DNA of 64,000 nt from an uncultured Desulfobacter sp. (lineage in GTDB: Bacteria; Desulfobacterota; Desulfobacteria; Desulfobacterales; Desulfobacteraceae): positions 5,024,001 through 5,088,000 of the forward strand of contig OY762069.1 in the NCBI GenBank assembly GCA_963665095.1, in the 5' to 3' direction. The notes under the pieces were generated by a model that was given only the letters and a program-made list of their open reading frames with translations, was not told the origin of the DNA and searched no databases. The translations under genes and the position numbers were made by a program. Below, piece by piece: positions 1 to 9,614 of the stretch (positions are counted from its first letter, which is position 1; each line of letters starts with the position of its first letter).

Positions 1-126
1 TTCAAGTGGCTGGCCTGACATCGACCCTGAGCGGGATGCCGCGTTTATGCCACTATTTCTTCATTGGCGGCAATTGCCTGCTGAAAACTCCTGCTGCCGC
101 CATTGCTTCGGGCTGTAAGCCTGTGG

Positions 127-356
127 TTCAAACCGTTCCGGGCCATTCGCCTGCCGTTCGCTGAAATTCGTTTGCACAACTTCTAAATTTGCTGCGCTAA
201 ACAGCAAAAACTGCGGTCCAGTGGGTCCTGAAACAGTTGTAAGCATAAGCTTCTCTTCGAGCGCCGTTTTTAACGCTACGCTGCATTAAGAAGTTGCAGC
301 AAACGAATTCCTAACGCTCTTTTGCAGGCGAACGGCCCTCCACTGGAGGGTTTTAA
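127..356. repeat. Long imperfect palindrome (REP/MITE-like element or structured RNA)
   Basis: gggccattcgcctgc (140-154) pairs with gcaggcgaacggccc (324-338), 1 mismatch. aattcgtttgcacaacttct (165-184) pairs nearly with agaagttgcagcaaacgaatt (289-309). Inner hairpin tttgctg/cagcaaa (188-208). Confidence 0.6.
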
Positions 357-579
357 CAAATAAAATGACGGTTGGCACCTTCTCTTGTCCCGTAAAAATT
401 GGGGCCAACCCATATGTTATTGCGGTCCCCTGCCTGGGTGATGACAAATGCCTGGAAGAGGGCTTAAAAAGAAACAGGGTTGAAAAGAAAGCACCATTTC
501 TCTATGTCTGTATATATTTTTGGTAAAAGTCATGCAGTTCAACCCATAACCGTTCAATTTTCAAAATGGATTGTCATCA

Positions 580-797
580 ATGAGATCAACAGCAAAGGTT
601 CTTGTTCAGATCTGCCTGGTACTCCTGGTCTGGATTACCTTTGGATATGCCTCCGAAGATAAGGCCCGTTCCCTTAAGGTGATTTCTGAATTCACCCATG
701 CCGGGGCCAGATCGGCACCTATCACGCCCTGCTTGTGGGGATCAATGACTACAAAGACCCGGAAATCCCGGATCGAAGGCCCTGGGTGAATGGATAA
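580..797 (+). pseudogene. Frameshifted, truncated caspase-like (peptidase C14) secreted protein fragment
   Basis: ATG at 580 gives signal-peptide-like MRSTAKVLVQICLVLLVWITFGYA. A different frame from 711 reads IGTYHALLVGINDYKDPEIPD, typical of the first strand of C14 domains. It stops at TAA 795-797, overlapping the next ATG. Confidence 0.55.
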
Positions 798-1090
798 TGA
801 AATTTAAAACGTTTACATACCCGGTACCTCCACCGGAAGATCCTGAAGAATTGAATGCCTTTTTGGGGTCAGCCAGGGTGCTGTCGGTAAACCAGTACGA
901 GTACCGGTCTGGAAACGCTTCCTGCCTGGTTTTTGTAGTGGAATATCTTGAGGGAAAACCGGCCGGGCAGAAGGGGAAATCCCAGCCCAGGATAGATTAT
1001 CGGGAACTCCTGTCAGAGGCGGACTTTTCCCTTTTCTCTCAGCTGCGGGATCTGCGTAAAGTTATTGCAGAAAGGGTAATTGCTAACTGA
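797..1090 (+). pseudogene. C-terminally truncated HRDC-domain family protein (type found near DGRs)
   Basis: EELNAFLGSARVLSV...FVVEYL...RIDYRELLSEADFSLFSQLRDLRKVIAE resembles the N-terminus and first HRDC helix of this family. The rest of the HRDC domain (GVPxYxIF..) is absent. Confidence 0.6.
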
Positions 1091-1105
1091 TTGAAAATAT
1101 CCCCC

Positions 1106-1146
1106 TTGAAAAAGTCTTTATTGAGGGCTATATTAAGAGCAATAAA
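1106..1146 (+). promoter_or_regulatory. Sigma70-like promoter with candidate operator for the TA pair
   Basis: TTGAAA (1106-1111), 17-nt spacer, TATATT (1129-1134). Inverted repeat TTTATTG (1117-1123)/CAATAAA (1140-1146) brackets the -10 box. Confidence 0.55.
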
Positions 1147-1176
1147 AAGATTTTTTTAGATTAAGGGAGGGTAAAA

Positions 1177-1428
1177 ATGGAATCAGTTTTAGCAAAATGC
1201 TCAGCAAGTATCTCAGAACTGAAAAAGAATCCTTCTTCTCTTATTGAGCAGGCAGAAGGCGAGCCTATTGCTATTTTGAACCACAATAAGCCGACCGCAT
1301 ATCTTATCCCGGCGGGTACATACGAAATAATGCTCGAACAAATAGAAGATTATCAACTCGGATTAATTGTGAAAGAACGTGAGCATGAAAAAGCGTCTGC
1401 GGTTGAAGTGAATCTCGATGATCTATAG
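1177..1428 (+). CDS. Type II antitoxin, Phd/YefM (StbD-like) family
   Basis: SASISELKKNP...GEPIAILNHNKPTAYL motif; GGAGG RBS; overlaps the toxin gene. Confidence 0.9.
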   Translation: MESVLAKCSASISELKKNPSSLIEQAEGEPIAILNHNKPTAYLIPAGTYEIMLEQIEDYQLGLIVKEREHEKASAVEVNLDDL

Positions 1429-1705
1429 CCTTAAATTCCTTCCATCGGCGTTAAAGGAATGGAACAAGCTCGACAATTTTCTGCAGCGCCAGTTTAAGAA
1501 AAAGCTTGCTGAACGACTCAAAAAACCGCGAATTATTTCCGCTCAACTTTCCGGGTTCGAAAATCACTACAAAATTAAGCTGAGAGCAAGCGGGTATCGG
1601 CTTGTATATGAAGTTGTTGATACAGAGCTTATCGTGTATGTGATTACTGTTGGAAAACGGGAAAGAAATGTTGTCTATAAAAAAGCAAAAAACAGACACA
1701 TTTGA
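1418..1705 (+). CDS. relE: Type II toxin, RelE/StbE family
   Basis: 95-aa basic protein: YSLKFLPSALKEW...YKIKLRASGYRLVYEV...VITVGKRERNVVY. Confidence 0.9.
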   Translation: MIYSLKFLPSALKEWNKLDNFLQRQFKKKLAERLKKPRIISAQLSGFENHYKIKLRASGYRLVYEVVDTELIVYVITVGKRERNVVYKKAKNRHI

Positions 1706-1822
1706 TTCTTTAAATGGACACACTAACCTGTCTGAATTCGGGAGATATAGAAGCCAGTTAAGCTGGTCCCATACCGGTAAAACAGGATAAGGCTGTTTTG
1801 GAATAGAGGTTAAAATAGCCAT

Positions 1823-2240
1823 ATGCGATATATTGAACCATATATTCTTAAGGACCTGGAACGTAAGACGGTGTTTGTGGGCGGTCCGCGGCAGGTGGGG
1901 AAGACCACCCCGGCTAATATGCTTGACCGGTATCATTACTGGCGGCTTCATCCCTGTTTCTGCAGTCCGTCCATATACCAGAAACCTGCCCCGGGCCATT
2001 GTCAAACCGCTAAAAGTGTTCTTCCTGGACAATGGGGATGTCATCGGGGATGACGGCGCTGTGTTTGAAAACCTGGTAGCCACCCATCTGCTGAAAAAAA
2101 TCTTTTTCTTGAGGACCGTGACGGCTTTCGTTACGAACTGAGATATATCCGGGACAAAGAAGGCCGGGAAGTTGACTTTCTTATACTCAAAGAAGGGAAC
2201 AAGAAGAGCTCATTGAGGTCAAATACTCGGATGATGCCGT
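1823..2240 (+). pseudogene. AAA_14/DUF4143-type ATP-binding protein remnant
   Basis: Fragments in different frames: Walker A GPRQVGKTT; KVFFLDNGD...GAVFENLVATHLLK; YIRDKEGREVDFLI; LIEVKYSD. Far shorter than an intact member. Confidence 0.8.
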
Positions 2241-2307
2241 TTTGTGCAGCAACGCCGCAGGTGGGTGACTTTGCGGGCGCGCCCCTCTTGCGAGCCGTTC
2301 AAGCACT
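2241..2307 (-). repeat. Partial inverted copy of the palindromic repeat at 30002-30127
   Basis: 2241-2272 is the exact reverse complement of 30014-30045 (32 nt). 2296-2307 matches the repeat terminus with 1 mismatch. Confidence 0.85.
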
Positions 2308-2309
2308 GA

Positions 2310-2774
2310 TTATAGGAAAATATCCCTGATAAATGCCTGCCCGGGGTTATCCGGATTTACCATAATCTGAATATGTCTGCCGGATGGCAGGTCTTCTGAG
2401 GAAAGCAGGTAGCGGCTTTTTTTATAGGTCTTGTTTTTATATACATAGGAGAAGGTGACCCGGCTGTTAAGGGGAAGCCTCCGTCTTTTGTTCTCCCTGA
2501 TGGATTCAAGCTTTCCCCGAACGCTGTTTCCCCGCCTGAAAACAGCGCGGATGAGGCGGATTCGCCAGATCAGCAACAAGAAACAGGCCCCGGTGACACC
2601 ACCTGCCGCAAGCAGAATATAGAACAGGGCTTGCGGGTTTGTTTCGGTTTGTGCTGGGTCAGAATATGCTTCATAGCCGGCAACAGCGCCGATAACAATG
2701 GGGTAAATGGTGCACAGAAAACAAAAGTAATCTGTCAGAATGATGCTGAAAAGGGATGGGGTTTTGTTTGTCAT
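2310..2774 (-). CDS. Hypothetical membrane protein (two TM helices plus DUF3592-like C-terminus)
   Basis: Two hydrophobic segments, then VTFSYVYKNKTY...IQIMVNPDNPGQA pattern. Confidence 0.7.
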   Translation of the reverse strand: MTNKTPSLFSIILTDYFCFLCTIYPIVIGAVAGYEAYSDPAQTETNPQALFYILLAAGGVTGACFLLLIWRIRLIRAVFRRGNSVRGKLESIRENKRRRLPLNSRVTFSYVYKNKTYKKSRYLLSSEDLPSGRHIQIMVNPDNPGQAFIRDIFL

Positions 2775-2881
2775 GTCGTCAGCTCTGTTGCAAAAAAATC
2801 GTCAAAGTTGAACGTATAGACATAGCCGGCCATGCCAATGCCTGCGATAATGACCAGTTTATAGAGTTTTGAACCGATCAT
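2771..2881 (-). CDS. Small single-TM protein, 36 aa (not in ORF track)
   Basis: MIGSKLYKLVIIAGIGMAGYVYTFNFDDFFATELTT*. Strong SD (AGGGAGGAGGGG) directly upstream; stop overlaps the next start (ATGA). Confidence 0.55.
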   Translation of the reverse strand: MIGSKLYKLVIIAGIGMAGYVYTFNFDDFFATELTT

Positions 2882-3076
2882 CCCCTCCTCCCTGCCAAAT
2901 GAATGAGATTGATTTGCCGCTTCTGATCTCCTGTCGAATATTATGTAATGACACGGTTGTCAATTAATTTGGTATGTCTGAATTTCCCCATATTTCCAAC
3001 TGGATAGCCTATGGGAGAAGCATAAGGGTTTCTTACCGTTGAAATTCGGGCCTGATGTATTATTTTCAAGATTTAC

Positions 3077-4864
3077 GTGTCGATTTTAAGGACCTTTTAC
3101 CGGAGTGGATGTTTGGAACTGATCCGTTACTATTTCAGGAAAAATCTGTTTAAGATCATCACAGGCATCCTGTTTATGATTCTGGTGGACCTGGCCCAGC
3201 TGGTGGTGCCCCAGATTATCAGAAAAGCCATTGATACCCTGGCCGGTGACAATTTTGATACCCATGTCCTGTGGATTCAATGTGCGGTTATTGCCGGTAT
3301 GGGCCTGATCATGGCAGCGCTTCGGTCCGGCTGGCGCATTTTGCTCATGGGATCGGCCAGGGACCTTGAGCGGGGCATCCGGGACACCCTTTACACCCAT
3401 ATGCTTGGCCTTGACATGGCCTATTATGACAAAACCCGGGCCGGGGATATTATGGCCCATGCCACCTCGGATATCACCCATGTGCGCATGGCCTTCGGGT
3501 TCGGCATCATTGCTTTGGCTGACTCCCTGCTTCTTGGTATTTCCTGTATTGCCATCATGGTGGCGACCAGCCCCAAGCTGGCAGCCATGTGCCTGATCCC
3601 CATTCCTTTTCTGGTGGTGACCACTAAAAAACTGGGCAATAAAATGCACCTGTACCACCTCTCTGCCCAGGAGGCTTTTTCCACGCTCACAGAGCAGATC
3701 CGGGAAGGTTTTTTCGGTATCCGGGTGATCAAGGTGTTTAATTTTGAGCGTGTGATCCGGGAAAAAGTGGACAATACAGCCACGGATTATTTCCATAAAA
3801 ATTTGAAGCGTGCTGTGATCAATGCTCTGTTGCGGCCGCTTTTAGGGCTGTTTTTCAACATGTCCACCGTGATTATTATTTTTTATGGCGGGTATCTGGT
3901 TATAGAGAAGCAGTTAAGCCCGGGGGAACTTGTGGCCTTTATCCAGTATTTAAGTATCCTGGCCTGGCCTGTCATTGCCCTGGGCTGGATGACCAACCTG
4001 TACCAGCGGGGCATGGCCTCGTTAAAACGCATTGAGGTGCTGCTGAAGACCCGGCCGGCCATTACTCCGCCAGCGGATGCTAAAGATCCGGTGTCGGTGA
4101 CCGGGCACATCTGTTTTGAAAAGGTTGGCTTCTCTTATGATAACAGCGGGGTGCCGGCGCTGTCTGATATATCCATGGATATTCCGCCAGGGGCAAGAAT
4201 CGGTATCACCGGGCCGCCGGGTGCGGGCAAGACCACCCTTTTGATGCTCATTCCCCGGCTCTATGATCCAATGGAAGGTTTTGTGTCCATGGACGGCCGG
4301 AATGTGAAAAACTTTGATCCGGAATTCCTGCGCAACCACATCAGTTTTATGGCCCAGGAGCCGTTTTTGTTTTCCGGCACCATTAAAGACAATATCCTCA
4401 TGGGTGACACACTGGCAGGCGATCCGGGGCAAAACCGCCTGGATGAGATTATCCGTCTGTCTGCGCTGGAAGAGACCATCAGGGAGATGCCCAAGGGGCT
4501 TGACACCGTGGTGGGGGAACGGGGGGTAACCCTGTCCGGCGGACAGAAGCAGCGGGTGGTGCTGGCCAGGACTCTGGTTTCTCCAAAGCCGGTGATCCTG
4601 CTGGATGATCCGGTCAGCCACCTGGACACCCGCACCGCAGACCGTGTCATCCGGGGGATCAGCGAGATGAACCGGGATGCCGCCATGATTATTGTCTCCC
4701 ACCGGCTGGCCGCCCTTGCCGGGTGCGATTGGATCTATATCCTGGAGAACGGGCGGATTGCAGACCAGGGCACCCATGAATCGCTCAAGGTTTCCAATCC
4801 CTTTTACCGGACCTCCTTTAACGTGCAGCAGTCTGAATCTGTTTCCCGGGAGGATCTGCCATGA
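3077..4864 (+). CDS. ABC exporter, fused permease/ATPase (MdlA-like); start may be TTG at 3113
   Basis: N-terminal TM domain, Walker A GPPGAGKT, LSGGQKQR, degenerate Walker B LLDD. Confidence 0.9.
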   Translation: MSILRTFYRSGCLELIRYYFRKNLFKIITGILFMILVDLAQLVVPQIIRKAIDTLAGDNFDTHVLWIQCAVIAGMGLIMAALRSGWRILLMGSARDLERGIRDTLYTHMLGLDMAYYDKTRAGDIMAHATSDITHVRMAFGFGIIALADSLLLGISCIAIMVATSPKLAAMCLIPIPFLVVTTKKLGNKMHLYHLSAQEAFSTLTEQIREGFFGIRVIKVFNFERVIREKVDNTATDYFHKNLKRAVINALLRPLLGLFFNMSTVIIIFYGGYLVIEKQLSPGELVAFIQYLSILAWPVIALGWMTNLYQRGMASLKRIEVLLKTRPAITPPADAKDPVSVTGHICFEKVGFSYDNSGVPALSDISMDIPPGARIGITGPPGAGKTTLLMLIPRLYDPMEGFVSMDGRNVKNFDPEFLRNHISFMAQEPFLFSGTIKDNILMGDTLAGDPGQNRLDEIIRLSALEETIREMPKGLDTVVGERGVTLSGGQKQRVVLARTLVSPKPVILLDDPVSHLDTRTADRVIRGISEMNRDAAMIIVSHRLAALAGCDWIYILENGRIADQGTHESLKVSNPFYRTSFNVQQSESVSREDLP

Positions 4865-6714
4865 GCAGCACGCGCGCATTTTCCACCGAGGAAAAAAAGG
4901 TCAGCCTGGAAGATCTGGCTCTGGTCCGTGCCCTGATTCCCTATGTCAGGCCCTATGCCTGGATGCTGGTATTGACCACCCTGCTGGTGTTCTCGGTAAC
5001 AGGGTTTGAACTGGTGCAGCCCTGGCTGATTCAAAAGGCCATTGACGGGTTCATCCTGCCCTCCGGTAATCCGGGGTTCCAGATACTGGGCATGGAGATC
5101 CGGCACTTTTCAACATTCTGTACCGGATTTGCCATTATCATGCTGGCAGGATTTGTCCTGGATTTCAGTCAGTCCCTGTTCATGGAATATACAGGGCAGA
5201 AGATCATGCTTAACCTGCGGTGCCGGCTATTTGCCCATATGACGAATCTTCCTGTGGCCTATTTTGATAAGAATACATCAGGGCGCCTTGTGGCCCGGGT
5301 GGCAGGGGACATTGAAAACATGAACGAGATGTTCACCAATGTGCTGATCTTTATTTTTAAAGATTTGATGCTCATGGCCGGTATTTTTGTCATCCTGTTT
5401 TTTACCAATAAAAAGCTGACCCTCTACTTAAGCCTCATTGTCCCTGTGACCGCCGTGGGGGTATTCTATTTTTCAGGCATTCTGCGCCATGTTTTCCGCA
5501 CCATGCGACAGAAATATGCAGAAATCAACCACTGGTTTTCCGAAGCGGTGAGCGGTATCCGGGTGATCCAGACCAGCACGGCAGAGCCAAGATTCATTCA
5601 TGAATTTAAAAAATTGAATATGGCCCACTTCAGGGCGGCCATGGCCCATATCCGGATCTTTGCCGTGTTCATGCCCACCATCGGGCTTATGGGGACGCTT
5701 GCCGTGGCTGTCATTGTCTGGTCCGGCTCTTTTATGGTGGCTGACGGGACCCTGACCATTGGCGGACTCACTGCGTTTCTGACCTATATGAGGTTGTTTT
5801 TCAGGCCGTTGCGGGAGCTGTCTGAAAAATTCAACCTGCTGCAGAATGCCCTTGCCTCTGCAGAAAGAATTATCACCGTGCTGAACACGCCAAAGGCAGA
5901 CGCTGCAGAAGCGCCATATCCGGATGGCAGCAGCACGGCATCCCAAATCAAAAGACCTGGAGCTCTGTCTTCCGGCGGCATTCGCCACCTCTCATTTGAG
6001 AATGTGGATTTTTCCTATACCCCGGGTGTCCCGGTGTTGAATCGCATCAGCTTTACCCTTGAAAAGGGGGGATCCCTGGGCATTGTGGGCCGCACCGGAT
6101 CGGGAAAAAGCACCATGATCAATCTGGCCGCAGGATTCTACCGCCCGTCAGGCGGACGGATTTTAATCAACAGGGAGGATTACCGGAAATTAGATATTGC
6201 CGATGTCCGCCGCCATACCGCACTGGTGATGCAGGATCCCATCCTGTTTTCAGGAACGGTCAGGCAGAATATCTCCAGCGCTTTTTATCAGGGTGACGGC
6301 AAGGACGATAGCCGCCTGGAAGCCGCCCTTGAAAAGGCAAACTGCACATTTCTGTTCGATAAATTTTCAGGGCTGGATACCCGCCTTAAAAACGGGGGCG
6401 GGCCCCTTTCCTCCGGCGAGAAGCAGCTGGTCTGCATTGCCCGGGCCTTTGCCTTTAACCCGGACCTGATTATTTTTGACGAAGCCACCTCCTATATGGA
6501 TTCCCGGTCCGAGGTGATCATCCATGATGCCATGAAAAAGCTCATGGCGGGACGACTTTCCATTATTATTGCCCACCGCCTGTCAACGGTAAGGGCCTGC
6601 GATCACATCCTGGTCCTGAAAGAGGGCCGGATTGTTGAGCAGGGCTCCCATGAACAGCTCGTGGAAGCGGCCGGTGAATACGCCCGGCTGCTGGAAAAGG
6701 AACGGATCGGCTGA
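4861..6714 (+). CDS. ABC exporter, fused permease/ATPase (MdlB-like partner)
   Basis: GRTGSGKS, LSSGEKQL, IFDEATS; ATGA overlap with the preceding gene. Confidence 0.9.
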   Translation: MSSTRAFSTEEKKVSLEDLALVRALIPYVRPYAWMLVLTTLLVFSVTGFELVQPWLIQKAIDGFILPSGNPGFQILGMEIRHFSTFCTGFAIIMLAGFVLDFSQSLFMEYTGQKIMLNLRCRLFAHMTNLPVAYFDKNTSGRLVARVAGDIENMNEMFTNVLIFIFKDLMLMAGIFVILFFTNKKLTLYLSLIVPVTAVGVFYFSGILRHVFRTMRQKYAEINHWFSEAVSGIRVIQTSTAEPRFIHEFKKLNMAHFRAAMAHIRIFAVFMPTIGLMGTLAVAVIVWSGSFMVADGTLTIGGLTAFLTYMRLFFRPLRELSEKFNLLQNALASAERIITVLNTPKADAAEAPYPDGSSTASQIKRPGALSSGGIRHLSFENVDFSYTPGVPVLNRISFTLEKGGSLGIVGRTGSGKSTMINLAAGFYRPSGGRILINREDYRKLDIADVRRHTALVMQDPILFSGTVRQNISSAFYQGDGKDDSRLEAALEKANCTFLFDKFSGLDTRLKNGGGPLSSGEKQLVCIARAFAFNPDLIIFDEATSYMDSRSEVIIHDAMKKLMAGRLSIIIAHRLSTVRACDHILVLKEGRIVEQGSHEQLVEAAGEYARLLEKERIG

Positions 6715-6732
6715 TGCTGGGGGTGAAGACCT

Positions 6733-7725
6733 TTATATCGGCCGGAACGCCTCAACCAACCCCATCATCTGGTCTTTTTCCTGGATGAGGCCTATCTTTT
6801 CAAAACCTGCTTCAGCCAGGCCTGCCTGAATCTCTTCAAAGGTATAGGTGCCGCCGCCGGGGGTGCCGACCAGCATGTTGATGGCAAACAGTGCCCCGGA
6901 TTTCGGTGCTGTTTTATTTTGTTTCATCACATGATCCCGGATGACCAGCCGGCCACCGGGGATCAGGGCTGGCAGGATTTTTTTATAAAGTGCCAGATTC
7001 TGCTCTTGGCTGTTCTGGTGAATAATGGCCGACAAAAGCGCCAGGTCATACCCCGACGGCAGTGTATCGGTGTAGAAGTTGCCGGACAAAAAATCAATTC
7101 GGTCCGCAAGGTTCGAACCGGCTATCCTTGCCCTGCCCATCTCAACCACATCGGGAAGGTCAAAGATGGTGGCGGTCATCCGGGGGGATGCTTCTAAAAA
7201 GGCCATTGTGTAGGTACCGGATGCGCCGCCCACATCCAGCAGGCGCCGGGCCTGGCCTGGCCGGACCGCCTGGACAACAGCCGGGGCATGCTGCCGTCCC
7301 ACCACATGCATGGCGCCGATAAAGGCCTTTTGATCATCCCCGTCAAACCTGGCAGGGATTTTGTCGGCATGGCCTGTTTCTGTGACAATGCGGGTTAAGT
7401 TGGACCAGTTGACCCAGATGGTGGCTGCGTGTTTGACCATGGGCAGTACGCTTTTGGGGGAGCTGGAATCCAACAGGGGCAGCAGGCCGGGATCGGTCTG
7501 GTAGTGACCGTCCGTCTTGATCAGCATCCCCATGGCCGCAAGAGCGTCCAGCACAACCGTCAGGGGGCGTTCGTGCCAGCCCTGCCTTTGGGCCAGCTCC
7601 GGGCTTTTCGCGGGTGTGGCCAGAAGGGTGAAAATATCCAGTTCCGCCCCGGTCAAAAGGACCCGGCATTCCATAAAATTACGCGCCAGGGAAAGTATCT
7701 CCTGGGGATTGGCAGGCGTTGTCAT
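6733..7725 (-). CDS. SAM-dependent O-methyltransferase (dimerisation domain plus Methyltransf_2)
   Basis: LLDVGGASG, TIFDLPDVV, GNFY, ALIPGGRLVI motifs. Start placed at MTTPAN; ORF is open to 7755. Confidence 0.88.
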   Translation of the reverse strand: MTTPANPQEILSLARNFMECRVLLTGAELDIFTLLATPAKSPELAQRQGWHERPLTVVLDALAAMGMLIKTDGHYQTDPGLLPLLDSSSPKSVLPMVKHAATIWVNWSNLTRIVTETGHADKIPARFDGDDQKAFIGAMHVVGRQHAPAVVQAVRPGQARRLLDVGGASGTYTMAFLEASPRMTATIFDLPDVVEMGRARIAGSNLADRIDFLSGNFYTDTLPSGYDLALLSAIIHQNSQEQNLALYKKILPALIPGGRLVIRDHVMKQNKTAPKSGALFAINMLVGTPGGGTYTFEEIQAGLAEAGFEKIGLIQEKDQMMGLVEAFRPI

Positions 7726-7963
7726 GGCATCATCCTTTGGTTTATGCAGAAGCACGGTGATAACTCAAGTGTTTTCATTGGATCTCCTTTGTTTGATTAA
7801 ATTCTGTTGTGTTCTGTTGTACTTCTTGCTTGGATCCTCCACCCTTAAGGATTTGACTTGACAAAATTGGAGTGAATTCATACTAGACTATAATACATTT
7901 TGCGTCAAATTGGTGGGGAATCAATAGCGAGAACGTATCATTGAATTCCTGAAAGGAAAATAT

Positions 7964-8623
7964 ATGGAAGGGGTAGAAGCGCTTTTTAATCTAAAAAAAT
8001 CCCAGGCTTTGAATATTGATATAGGCACAAAAGTCTATCTCAGTATTGAGGGGGTAAGCTTCAATGTTTCCAGCATATTCGTCGGACTGCTTGATGATGA
8101 ATATGTTATTATCACGTTACCCAAAAGATTTAAAACCGTTCAAAGCAAACTGTTTCCCGGTAATAAAATGGTCGTAAAATACCTGCATAGCGGTTCTCTC
8201 TATGCATTTCAGACCGCAATTATTGAAATCATAACCCGGCCCATTCGCACCATTGCCATTGAATACCCGAAAATTGTCCAGAACCAGGAACTCAGAGGCA
8301 CCAGGCGAAACAACGTGGCTATTCCGGCCAGGGTGGAGATCAAGAGGCATGATCTCCCGGTGGTTGTTTTTGATATCAGCAGACATGGCTGCTGTTTCAG
8401 GTTCCAGGAAACAAGGAAGGGGCTTGTGACGTTCAAAGAAGGAGACAGTCTCAGGATTCACTGTCTGCTGCCGGGAGTGGCATATGAACTCAGTGCCATG
8501 GCGTCCATCCGAAATGTCAGAAGAGAAAACACCATACTTTCCATAGGGATTGAATTTTCCGAAGCAAACAACCAGTTTATCAGTCCGTTGACGAAATTTA
8601 TCGCATCCATCGGCGGGCATTAA
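7964..8623 (+). CDS. YcgR-like PilZ-domain (c-di-GMP binding) protein
   Basis: RxxxR (RGTRR) and DISxxG (DISRHG) after an N-terminal beta-rich YcgR-like region. Confidence 0.85.
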   Translation: MEGVEALFNLKKSQALNIDIGTKVYLSIEGVSFNVSSIFVGLLDDEYVIITLPKRFKTVQSKLFPGNKMVVKYLHSGSLYAFQTAIIEIITRPIRTIAIEYPKIVQNQELRGTRRNNVAIPARVEIKRHDLPVVVFDISRHGCCFRFQETRKGLVTFKEGDSLRIHCLLPGVAYELSAMASIRNVRRENTILSIGIEFSEANNQFISPLTKFIASIGGH

Positions 8624-8669
8624 AGTTCCAGTACCACTGCTGTCTTTCCCTGATCCCGGTGCACTGCTG

Positions 8670-9599
8670 TCAGGGTTGAGGAGACGGCAGTTCCGGGATT
8701 TTTGCCTTTCTTTGAAACGACAGATCCTGGGTCATGATCACCCCTGCTAAAACCAGTATGGAGGCCATGTACTGAACGCCGGTAAAAAGTTCTTTGAGGA
8801 CAAGGGCATTCATGATCAGGGCCAGCACAGGGATCAGGTTGACAAAGGCGGTGGCCTGGCTGGCCGGAATCCGGGAGATCCCGAAATTGTAAAACATATA
8901 CGCACCCAGGGTGACCACAATGCCCAGATAGACAATGGCCCACAGGCCAACAGGGTCCCGGGGCACCAGGGGGCCGGTATTCTGGAACAGCATCAGCGGC
9001 AGATAGAATATGGTCCCGGCAAAGGCCTGCATAAAGGCAAGAAACAGCGGGCTGAAGCGGCTGGTCAGTTTTTTTACTGAAAGGGCATACCCGCTGGCAA
9101 AGACCATGGCAATAAACTCCAGGCAGTTGCCCAGAAGGGGGTTCGGGCCATGGGCATCTGGTGCGGAGACAAGACTGAGCCACAACGCCCCCACAGTGGC
9201 CACAAAAAATCCCAAACAGATCCTTGCACTTAAACGTTCTTTAAAAAAGAGCCATGCCCCAATGGCGGTGAACACCGGCATCATGGTGGAGAGCATCCCG
9301 GCCTGGGAGGCGGAGGTGTAAAGCAGCGCCCTTGTTTCAAAATAAAAATAGAGGCAGGGATCGCATAACACCAGCAATGCCAAAAATTTAATATCCTTTT
9401 TACGGATGCCCGGGCTGTTTTTAAACACAGAGGCAAAGGGGATGGCACACAGGCTTGCAATGAGCATCCGGGCAAACATCACATAGGAGGGGTGGCAGGT
9501 CCTCAATGCCAGTTTCTGAGCCGCAAAGGTGCTGGCCCACAAAATCATGGCTACCACCAGGCAGACGTAGGCCACGCTTGGGTATTTCTTCAAGTTCAT
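8670..9599 (-). CDS. DMT/EamA family transporter
   Basis: About 10 TM helices in two repeats; LWASTF, FFKERL, FVNLIPV. Confidence 0.9.
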   Translation of the reverse strand: MNLKKYPSVAYVCLVVAMILWASTFAAQKLALRTCHPSYVMFARMLIASLCAIPFASVFKNSPGIRKKDIKFLALLVLCDPCLYFYFETRALLYTSASQAGMLSTMMPVFTAIGAWLFFKERLSARICLGFFVATVGALWLSLVSAPDAHGPNPLLGNCLEFIAMVFASGYALSVKKLTSRFSPLFLAFMQAFAGTIFYLPLMLFQNTGPLVPRDPVGLWAIVYLGIVVTLGAYMFYNFGISRIPASQATAFVNLIPVLALIMNALVLKELFTGVQYMASILVLAGVIMTQDLSFQRKAKIPELPSPQP

Positions 9600-9614
9600 A
9601 GATGTTTTTTTAAT

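Noticed and set aside
127..356. Integron attC site next to a TA cassette
   Set aside because: No proper RYYYAAC/GTTRRRY core pair at the stem ends, longer than typical attC sites, and no repeated array or integrase in the window.
480..662. 60-aa ORF, and 61-246 on the minus strand
   Set aside because: No motif; they overlap the caspase-like remnant or the palindrome.
1..2300. Intact DGR or retron
   Set aside because: No reverse transcriptase motifs, no AAC-rich template repeat and no VR/TR pair found.
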